Part shown: positions 27,347-35,612 of the stretch, piece by piece
Position numbering within the stretch: position 1 is the first letter of the stretch
Layout of the letters: each line of letters opens with the position of its first letter
IMG/VR virus record: IMGVR_UViG_3300049925_000152
Coordinates: 1 to 46,537 of that record
Strand: one strand, 5' to 3'
DNA length: 46,537 nt
DNA from: a virus
Lineage: Duplodnaviria > Caudoviricetes
Program-made: the position numbers and the translations under genes
The notes under the pieces: model-generated
Seen by the model: the letters and a program-made list of their open reading frames with translations, nothing else
Databases searched by the model: none
Told to the model about the DNA's origin: nothing

Positions 27347-28258
27347 ATGCCCACACTAGTTATTAATCAATGTGTAATTTGTGATAAAAGTTTTGAAGTA
27401 ACTTATAAAAAGCGTAGCCAGCAGACATGCGGAAAAGATTGTAGCTACTCATTACGCAGCCAGACAAGAAACACACAACATGCCCCGTTTGAAAAGATTT
27501 GTGTAACATGTGATAAGTCTTTTAACGACACAAGCAAGAAAAAGCTAGTTACTCGTTGCACAAATTGTATAAAGTCGGGAAGCGTTCAAAAAAGAAAAGA
27601 AAATGGTTCATACAGGCGCACAGATGCTCAAAATGATAAACTAAGTCAGACTCTCAAAGAAAAATATGCAAATGGGTGGAACCCAAACACTGAAGAGCAT
27701 CGCGCAAAATTATCAATTTTGATGAAAGATCGTTGGCAATCGGGTGAAATGGCTGCGATGACACGAATTTCATGCCAAGAAAAGTATGGTGCAGATCATT
27801 GGACAAAGTCTAGCGAAGGTAAATCAACATTAAGCAAAATGTCTAGTGGGAGAAAATTCTCCACCGTAGCAAGACAGAATATGTCAAATGGGCATGCACG
27901 CAGCTTTCTCGCAGGAAGAAAATGCCATACTCGAGGAAAAGGCGGCATAAGACTCGATATCGGTTTTTATGTAAGAAGCCGATGGGAAGCAAATTTTGCC
28001 AGAATCTGCATCTATGAAAAATGGAATTTTGAGTATGAACCGTGCTCATTTGATCTAGAAGATCATAAATTCTATATTCCTGATTTTGTCGTCGAAGGTG
28101 AGTTCTATGAGCTGAAAGGTTACATGAGCAATTCTGCTAGAGAAAAGCTTGATATTTTCATGAAAATGTACCCAAATGTTTCGTTGAAAATCATCGGTCC
28201 CGTTGAGTATAATAATCTAAAGCTAAAATACCAACAATTAATTAACTGGGAAGAATAA
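27347..28258 (+). CDS. free-standing homing endonuclease-like protein (Zn ribbons plus PD-(D/E)xK nuclease)
   Basis: CVICDKSF..CGKDC, CVTCDKSF..CTNC; RSRWEANFA..YEP..YIPDF..ELKGY; markedly AT-rich. Confidence 0.75.
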   Translation: MPTLVINQCVICDKSFEVTYKKRSQQTCGKDCSYSLRSQTRNTQHAPFEKICVTCDKSFNDTSKKKLVTRCTNCIKSGSVQKRKENGSYRRTDAQNDKLSQTLKEKYANGWNPNTEEHRAKLSILMKDRWQSGEMAAMTRISCQEKYGADHWTKSSEGKSTLSKMSSGRKFSTVARQNMSNGHARSFLAGRKCHTRGKGGIRLDIGFYVRSRWEANFARICIYEKWNFEYEPCSFDLEDHKFYIPDFVVEGEFYELKGYMSNSAREKLDIFMKMYPNVSLKIIGPVEYNNLKLKYQQLINWEE

Positions 28259-28259
28259 C

Positions 28260-28340
28260 ATGTCGAATTGGAGCTCTGAGAAGCCGGTTCGTGCGCCTAG
28301 CCGGTTCGTCGGCTTGCATGCGCACTCCGGCTTCTCCTGA
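28260..28340 (+). CDS. dnaE: DnaE piece 0: 26-aa N-terminal PHP segment MSNWSSEKPVRAPSRFVGLHAHSGFS
   Basis: FVGLHAHSGFS is the PHP HxH motif missing from the 28351 ORF; ATG 1 nt after the upstream stop; ends in TGA. Confidence 0.8.
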   Translation: MSNWSSEKPVRAPSRFVGLHAHSGFS

Positions 28341-28350
28341 ATAATCTACT

Positions 28351-29895
28351 ATGGATGGACTCGGGTATCCTGCGCAGCACATTGATTTCGTCCTCAAGAA
28401 CGGCATGGATGCCTGGGCACTGACTGACCACGGCAACGGTAGCGGACTCGCCCACGCCCACTCTCATGCCAAGAAGATGCAAAAGGCAGGACAGAAGTAT
28501 CGACAGCTTAACGGCGTCGAGTTCTACTTCGTTCCTTCCCTGAAGAACTGGGCTATCCAGTATCAGGATCACAAGGACGCAGTTGCAGCAGCTCGTTCTG
28601 AGAAGAAGGCGAAGGAAGCCACTGACATCGACGCAGATGACGAGGCAGGTGCTGGTCACATCATCGAGAACGAGGATGAGACCAAGGACTCATCTGCACT
28701 CGCAGTCAAGGATGACGAGTGGAAGCGACGTTACCACCTGGTTGTCATCGCAAAGAACAAGCAGGGTCTCTCCAATCTCTTCACGCTGGTCAAGAAGTCA
28801 TTCAAGGACGGCTACTACCGGTTCCCGCGTATTGATTTCGACATGCTCAAGGAGCACGGTGAAGGACTAGTGGTCAGCACAGCTTGCATCGGTGGCATCA
28901 TGGCGAACCGTGTCCTCCGAGGCCAGGCGATGCAGAAGTCTGACGCAGAGATCCAGCACGAGCTCAAGAACCTGACAGATCGGTTCGTCGACGCAGTGGG
29001 CCTTGAGAACTTCAACCTTGAGCTCCAGTTCAACAAGCTTCAGGCGCAGCATGATGTCAATCGTCATCTGATTCAGCTTCACAGGAGCACAGGCGTCCCG
29101 CTAGTGGCGACTTGCGACTCTCACTATCCCACACCCGACAAGTGGAAGACACGCGAGCTCTACAAGAAGTTGGCATGGATGAACGCGAAGGAGGAGCCCA
29201 AGCCCCTCCCGACGTTTGATGAGCTGAAGTGCGAGCTCTATCCTAAGAACGCAGAGCAGATGTGGGAGGAATACAAGCGACATGTTCCTGAGCATGAGTT
29301 CTATGCAGGAACTGAGGAGTTGGTCCGAGACGCGATCGAGCGGACACACGACATCGCCTGGCAGCAGTGTGAGGACGTCTGGGTCGACACGAAGGCCAAA
29401 CTTCCCGTCTTTGACACACCTGAGAAAACAGGCTTTCAGCAGCTTGTCGAGCTCGTCAGGACAAAGATGATCGAGATGGGCCTCCATGAGAAACCTGAGT
29501 ATGTCGAGCGCGTGAAGGAAGAGCTTGCAGACATCAAGTACCTCGGGCATGCATCTTACTTCTTGACAATGAATAAGATCTTCCACAAGGCATCTGAGCG
29601 CACGCTCCTCGGGCCGGGAAGAGGATGTTTTATTCCTGGCACAAGAGTCAAGATGTCTGACGGTCTTTTTGTTGAAATTGAAAATATTAAAGTGGGTGAT
29701 GCCGTAATCGATGCGTACGGAAATACACAAAGTGTTATTAACTTGCTCCGGTACGAGATCGATGAAGAAGTCATAACATTGACATTTGATGATGGAAAGT
29801 CTATAACATGCACCAAAGATCATGAGTTTCTGACACAGCGTGGTTTTGTTAAGGCATGTGAACTTACTGACGACGACGTAATCGCAGATGTTTAA
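28351..29895 (+). CDS. dnaE: DNA polymerase III alpha piece 1 (PHP to GPGRG) fused to split intein N-half IntN1 (29626-29892)
   Basis: ALTDHG, GVEFY, YHLVVIAKN, PRID, STACIGG, TCDSHY, GPGRG|CFIPGTRV...CTKDHEFLT then stop. Confidence 0.92.
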   Translation: MDGLGYPAQHIDFVLKNGMDAWALTDHGNGSGLAHAHSHAKKMQKAGQKYRQLNGVEFYFVPSLKNWAIQYQDHKDAVAAARSEKKAKEATDIDADDEAGAGHIIENEDETKDSSALAVKDDEWKRRYHLVVIAKNKQGLSNLFTLVKKSFKDGYYRFPRIDFDMLKEHGEGLVVSTACIGGIMANRVLRGQAMQKSDAEIQHELKNLTDRFVDAVGLENFNLELQFNKLQAQHDVNRHLIQLHRSTGVPLVATCDSHYPTPDKWKTRELYKKLAWMNAKEEPKPLPTFDELKCELYPKNAEQMWEEYKRHVPEHEFYAGTEELVRDAIERTHDIAWQQCEDVWVDTKAKLPVFDTPEKTGFQQLVELVRTKMIEMGLHEKPEYVERVKEELADIKYLGHASYFLTMNKIFHKASERTLLGPGRGCFIPGTRVKMSDGLFVEIENIKVGDAVIDAYGNTQSVINLLRYEIDEEVITLTFDDGKSITCTKDHEFLTQRGFVKACELTDDDVIADV

Positions 29896-29958
29896 GATTG
29901 TGACAACTTGTTGATCTACGACCGGGTACCATCATAGTTATACTTGAGGTATGACGAA

Positions 29959-30981
29959 ATGCCTGCGAAGTATGACAGTGAAATCAAAGATAAGCTAAAA
30001 AATCTTATAAAGCAGCATGTCTTGATGATTGGTAAAGATTCTTTCGTAGAAGACAATGTGCTTGCATCTATTGCAAAACAAGAAGATGTAACAACTGACA
30101 TTCTGTATCGAATGATTAGTTCAAAGAACTTAAACATTAAGAGATTTTGCTATCTTGATGACCTAGATGCAAACACACCTACTAAGATAAGCATAGTTTC
30201 AAACTGCAGCCTGTGCGGATGCTGCTACGCAATGCTTGTCATAAAGTTCTTAGGAAGAACTTATAAAAATAACAATCTGTGCCAGACACACTATGTTTCA
30301 AGTGTTTGTAAGACTGACACCTGGAAAAGAAAAAACAGCGATGCGCAGAAAATTGCGCAAAACAAGCAAGAAACAAAAGAAAAACAGTCTCTTTCGCAGA
30401 AGCGTCGATTTTCAAATGAAGAGATTAGAGAGCACTATAGACGTAACACAAAAGCGATGTGGGAAAACATCGATTATCGAAGAAAAGTTTCAAACGGTAA
30501 TCGTCAAAAATGGGAAGATGCTGATTATGTTGAGCGTGTTACGAGTAAATCACATGGCGCATACCGATCCACCTACCAGGGTTATTATGAGGGATTGCGA
30601 TATCAAAGTCTTGCAGAGCTTTCTTTCATCTTGTGGGCAAAAGACAACAAGCACAAGATAGTACGGTTCAATTTGCCGGGCATTCCCTGGGAAGATGAGA
30701 ATCAAATTGAACGTCTTTATTTTCCTGATTACATCATCAATGACACGACGATCATTGAAGTAAAATCAGGTCACAAGTGCTATGGATTAGACCCAAATAA
30801 TGTAAAAACAACGCAAGAAAAGTATAATGCACTTGTAAGATTTTGTAGCGACACGCACTATTCTCCAAGACTTGTCTTTTTAGCTGATCTAAACGATAGA
30901 AATATTATCAAAAGGGCAAAAAGCATCCATGAGCAAAATTGTCTCAAGAAAGTTTCACCACATGATGGGAACTGTCCATGA
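29959..30981 (+). CDS. free-standing endonuclease (TnsA / PD-(D/E)xK-like) between split-intein halves
   Basis: YQSLAELSF..YFPDYII..IIEVKSG; CxxC; AT-rich; GAGGT before ATG 29959. Confidence 0.75.
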   Translation: MPAKYDSEIKDKLKNLIKQHVLMIGKDSFVEDNVLASIAKQEDVTTDILYRMISSKNLNIKRFCYLDDLDANTPTKISIVSNCSLCGCCYAMLVIKFLGRTYKNNNLCQTHYVSSVCKTDTWKRKNSDAQKIAQNKQETKEKQSLSQKRRFSNEEIREHYRRNTKAMWENIDYRRKVSNGNRQKWEDADYVERVTSKSHGAYRSTYQGYYEGLRYQSLAELSFILWAKDNKHKIVRFNLPGIPWEDENQIERLYFPDYIINDTTIIEVKSGHKCYGLDPNNVKTTQEKYNALVRFCSDTHYSPRLVFLADLNDRNIIKRAKSIHEQNCLKKVSPHDGNCP

Positions 30982-31429
30982 TCTCACTGTAGAGAATAGT
31001 CATTCTTACAATGTCGAAGGTAAAGGCGTCCACAACTCAGCGCCAGGTAGCTTGATCAACTACATTCTAGGTGTAACGCAGATCGATCCTCTTCCATACG
31101 GTTTGCTGTGGAATCGATTTCTCGGTCGACACCGTTGTATGCAGCCTGATACGCTCGTCATTATGGAAGATGGCGTCAAGAAGATCAAAGATCTTGAGCT
31201 TGGCGACAAAGTTCTGACGTCATCAGGCACACATGAACAAGTTCTTGATAAAGAAGACGACACGAACCACACATTCAAGGCGACAATCAAGACTCCGAGA
31301 CAAGATTTTGTGTGCTCACCTAATCACCGCTGGCTTGTCAAACGTGATGGTGAAATCATCGAAGTGCTTACGGCAGAAATCGTCAAGGGCGACAAACTTC
31401 TATTCCTCACAGGAAAGCCTGATGCTTAA
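30929..31429 (+). CDS. dnaE: DnaE piece 2: IntC1 (30929-31036) + 33-aa extein (31037-31135) + IntN2 (31136-31426)
   Basis: [56 protein letters not shown]...CSPNHRWLV then stop. Confidence 0.9.
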   Translation: [166 protein letters not shown]

Positions 31430-33692
31430 CGTGTCTTACGACGAAGTCGAGATTGATGAAATCATCTTTAGCGCATGCAATGAACAATTAATCGATATTG
31501 AGGTCGAAAATGATCACACATTTTTTGTCTCATCGACTGGGACCGACTTTGCGCTTACTCACAATACATCTTGGCCTGACATTGACTCCGATGCAGGTGA
31601 TCGTGACGTTCTTATTGACGCGGCACGTGAGCTCTTCGGTGACGATGCAGTCATTCCTGTCTCCAACTTCAACACTCTGAAGCTGAAGTCTCTTGTCAAG
31701 GATGTCGCTAAGTTCTTCAATGTCCCATTTGACGAGGTCAATGCAGTCACTGGACCGCTCCAGGACGAGGTCATGCCTCACGCGAAGGATGATGACCAGG
31801 AAAAGTCAGTCTTCGTTCTGAAGCACGATGACTGCATGAAGTACTCACCTGCTTACAATGCGTTCATGACGAAGTATCCCGAAGTGGAGGAGCACGTTAA
31901 TGCGCTCTTCATGGAGAATCGATCTATCGGGCGACATGCGGGTGGTGTTCTTGTGGCAGAACCCAAGGCTCTGGCTGAAGGCATGCCCATCATCGGTGTG
32001 CGCGGAGAGCTGCAGACACCGTGGACCGAGGGTATGAACTTCCGTAATCTTGAGGACAACGGATTCCTCAAGTTCGACTTCCTCGGCCTGACACTACTCA
32101 AGGACGTAGAGAACTGCATCAAGCGAATCTTGATCAAGCAGGGTGTGAAGAACCCGACATTCAGCCAGATCAAGGACTTCTTCGATGAGCATCTCAACTG
32201 TCGAACAGTCAAGCAGGATGACCAGCAGGTCTGGAAGCATGTCTACCACGAGGGTCGATTCGTTGGCGTCTTCCAGTTCACTGCAGACGGTGCAAGAAAG
32301 TTCTGCCTTGAGGCAAAACCCACGAACATCGGTGAGTTGGCAGCTCTGACTGCAATCTATCGACCGGGTCCTCTCAAAGCGAACGTCCATAAGCTCTATG
32401 TCCAGGCAAAGAAAGACGCCTCGAAGATCAAGTACGATCACCCTGTCATTCAGGATGTCCTTGGACCTACCTTCGGCTATGTCGTCTTCCAGGAGCAGTT
32501 CATGATGCTGGCGCAGAAACTCGCAGGTTTCTCGCCTGGTGAGGCTGACCAGCTTCGTAAGACTCTCGTTAAGAAGTCTCTGGACACGCTGGGCAAGAAG
32601 TCTTCTGAGAAGGAGGCAGCACGGAAGCAGTTCATCGATGGTGCGTTGGCACTTCATGGCGTGCCTGAGAAGGTGACTGGTCCTCTCTGGGACACGATCG
32701 AGGCATTTTCAGTCTACGGGTTCAATAAGTCTCACTCAGTCTCCTACGCAATCGACTCTTACTACGCAGGATGGCTCCACACACACTATGAGAAAGAGTG
32801 GTTGGCAACAATCCTGCAGTCTGAAACAGGTAATCCTAAGCTGCTTGCCAAGGCGATCAACGAGATCAAGCAGATTGGATATAAGTTCTCGCAGGTTGAC
32901 ATCAACTACTCGGGCACAGAGTGGACGTTCTCTGAAGAGATTCAGGCATTTGTTCCTCCGCTGACGTCAGTCAAGGGCCTCGGTGATGCAGCAGTTAGTG
33001 AGATCCTCTCTAATCGACCATATCGAGCGCTTGATGATCTCCTCTTCGACGCCGACGGTGAGTGGCGTCATTCCAAGCTGAACAAGAGCTGTCTTGAATC
33101 GCTAATCCTCACAGAGAGCCTCGGATCACTTGAAGAGTTCAAGACAGAGCGTCTCAGCAACCACAACCAGCTGCACAAGATCGTCATTGATAACTACGAC
33201 ACACTACGTAAGGGTCGAACCGGCATGACTAAGACCGCGACCAAGAAGTGGGTCAAGGAGCATGGAAAAGAGCCTGTCATCATCGACAAGCTGATCGAAG
33301 AGACTGCTGATGTCCAAGACTGGTCTCGCTATGAGAAGATCAGGAACTTTGTTGAGATCTTGACAACAGCATCAGAAGAGCTTCTATTCCCGCCGCCTGT
33401 CATGACTAAGATCGAGCGTTCTAACGTCCCATCAGCAATGCAGATCAAGCCCGGCCAGCGCGGCGTCGTGTGGTTCTGTGCCCAAGATTGGGTCAAGAAG
33501 CAGACCAAAAATGGAAAGACTTTCTATACGGTCCACGCAATGGACAACAACAGCGACATCGCGAGGATCCGCGCATGGGGCACATTTAAAGAGGAACCGG
33601 AGAAATACACTATGTGGCTTGCTGAGGTAGAATACGATGCAAACTGGGGCATGTCAACTTCAGCAATGAAGATGCGAAAGATCGAGGTGTGA
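31422..33692 (+). CDS. dnaE: DnaE piece 3: IntC2 (31422-31565) + polymerase core and C-terminus
   Basis: AGGAAAG then ATG 31422; [59 protein letters not shown]. Confidence 0.92.
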   Translation: [756 protein letters not shown]

Positions 33693-33693
33693 T

Positions 33694-34602
33694 TTGAAGT
33701 TCAATCTTAAGACAGTGCTTCTTGAGGGTGTCGACTGCAGTGGAAAGACCACACTATTTAGAGAGCTGCACAAGGCAACAGGATTTAAGTGGAACATCCA
33801 CGATAGAAGCACACTTTCCATGCTTTGCTATGCAGTCATGTATGATCGTGATGTCACACACTGGAGAAAGCTCCTACAGGAGGAGCTAAGCGATCTCAAC
33901 AACGTCATAGTTGTTCTGCAGCCACCAATCGAGGTGATCAAGACACGACTTGCTTCGCGAGGTGATGAGTTCCAAGATCTTGATTCTATTGTGAAGTTAT
34001 ATAACATCTTCGAGGCTGAGCTGACAAATCTCGGCCAGTTTCCAAATGTTCTTGTCAGTCGTCAGGCAAGCGCAGACAGTGAAATGATCGCAAGGTGGAT
34101 ACTCGGATATGAGCGGCAGACTTACAGTCGTCTTGCCGGACTTGTCTATGATCACGCAAAAGTGAATGTCACGGATGAGACGATCTTCCTAAAGATGTCA
34201 TGGGAAGATGATGACTTCAAGACGCTGAGCACGAATGCACTTTTCTATGAGCCTGAAGTGACTTACTACGATGAGACACGGAACAAGCTTGTTGAAAAGA
34301 TCGGTGCAGAGATTGATGGACGAAATGAGTATGAGTCAAAGCAGGGACTCGACTCAAGACGTTTTGTCCTCTCACAGGAATCCTGCATTTCCTATGCACA
34401 CTTCATGTTCAGGAACGGCATTCTTCATGCAAACATCGTGTGTAGATCTTCAGAAGTGTCAAGAATCTTTCCGAATGACATACACTTTATCGCGAGCCTT
34501 GGCAAAGTTGCAAGAAGCGCAATCGGTCTTGATGATGATGTCCCGGTCAGGTTCCATCTCACACTTGACTCTGCACATGTAATCTTCCAGAAAACACATT
34601 AA
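33694..34602 (+). CDS. dNMP kinase-like domain fused to a thymidylate synthase / dCMP hydroxymethylase-like domain
   Basis: LEGVDCSGKTT P-loop and HDRS; C-terminal SRRFV..ESCISYAHF..CRSSEVSRIFPNDIHF..SAHV. Confidence 0.65.
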   Translation: MKFNLKTVLLEGVDCSGKTTLFRELHKATGFKWNIHDRSTLSMLCYAVMYDRDVTHWRKLLQEELSDLNNVIVVLQPPIEVIKTRLASRGDEFQDLDSIVKLYNIFEAELTNLGQFPNVLVSRQASADSEMIARWILGYERQTYSRLAGLVYDHAKVNVTDETIFLKMSWEDDDFKTLSTNALFYEPEVTYYDETRNKLVEKIGAEIDGRNEYESKQGLDSRRFVLSQESCISYAHFMFRNGILHANIVCRSSEVSRIFPNDIHFIASLGKVARSAIGLDDDVPVRFHLTLDSAHVIFQKTH

Positions 34603-34619
34603 ACTTACGCGAGGTAAAA

Positions 34620-35612
34620 ATGAAGAGAGCATTAGTGACAGGTGGCGCGGGATTCATCGGATCTAACTTGACCCATGCGCTTGTGAACGATGATTGGGTT
34701 GTTGATGTCGTAGATGATATGTCAAGTGGTCACCTTACACAGCTCGATGGACTCAACTATCGTGTTTTCCTACCTGGCATGTCTGAGATCTATGAGATGC
34801 AGAAGACACGCGGGAGTGATGAGGTCTTTGTGCATGAGTGCGATTTTTCTCACCCAGTCATTCTAGAGAAGATCGCTAGCAAGCATTATGACGTCGTCTT
34901 CCACCAGGCAGCAGTACCACGCGTATCCTACTCAGTTGAAGAGCCCGTTCTGACAACAGACGTCAATCTGCTTAGAAGTGTTGAGCTTCTACGTGCTTGC
35001 GTGGGTAATGTATCACGTGTCGTTGTTGCATCAACTTGCGCGGTCTACGGTGACACCGAATCGCTTCCAACGTCTGAGAACGCACCACATAAACCAAAAT
35101 CACCGTACGCTCTCCAGAAGAGCACACTTGAGAAATACTGCACACTGTTCTCAGATCTTTATCAACTAGATACAGTCTGTCTCCGTTACTTTAATGTTTT
35201 TGGACCAGGTCAGTATGGAGACTCACCTTACTCAACAGCAGTTGCTGCATGGTGCGATGCAATCAAGAACGGTAGACCGCTTCGGTCGGACGGTGACGGT
35301 TCGCAGTCAAGAGACATGTGCTATGTTGATAATGTGACATCAGCAAACATCCTCGCTGCAAAATCTAACATGAAGATGACCGGAAATGTCTACAACATCT
35401 GCAGCGGTTCTAGAGTTGAGAATCGGCAGATCCTGGCGTTCTTGAAGGACAAGTTCACCTCAATCGAGGTAACAAGTGCGCCGTGGCGCCCGGGTGATAT
35501 AATGCACACACAAGGAGACTGTTCGTTGGCACACAAGGAACTAGGTTATGAGCCCAGCATCTCTTTCTGGGATGGGCTTGAGAAGACACTCGCATGGTGG
35601 GAGATCAAGTGA
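34620..35612 (+). CDS. NDP-sugar epimerase (GalE/WbpP-like)
   Basis: TGGAGFIGS, FHQAA, SPYALQK, LRYFNVFGP, GDGSQSRD. Confidence 0.9.
   Translation: MKRALVTGGAGFIGSNLTHALVNDDWVVDVVDDMSSGHLTQLDGLNYRVFLPGMSEIYEMQKTRGSDEVFVHECDFSHPVILEKIASKHYDVVFHQAAVPRVSYSVEEPVLTTDVNLLRSVELLRACVGNVSRVVVASTCAVYGDTESLPTSENAPHKPKSPYALQKSTLEKYCTLFSDLYQLDTVCLRYFNVFGPGQYGDSPYSTAVAAWCDAIKNGRPLRSDGDGSQSRDMCYVDNVTSANILAAKSNMKMTGNVYNICSGSRVENRQILAFLKDKFTSIEVTSAPWRPGDIMHTQGDCSLAHKELGYEPSISFWDGLEKTLAWWEIK

Noticed and set aside
28338-28340. TGA recoding (alternative genetic code or selenocysteine) in dnaE
   Set aside because: The downstream DnaE is in the +1 frame, so readthrough would not join it; TGA and TAG terminate many genes normally in this window
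31233-31421. ORF-track N-terminal extension of DnaE piece 3
   Set aside because: It overlaps IntN2 in another frame and has no recognisable motif; an RBS and ATG at 31422 begin a clean IntC
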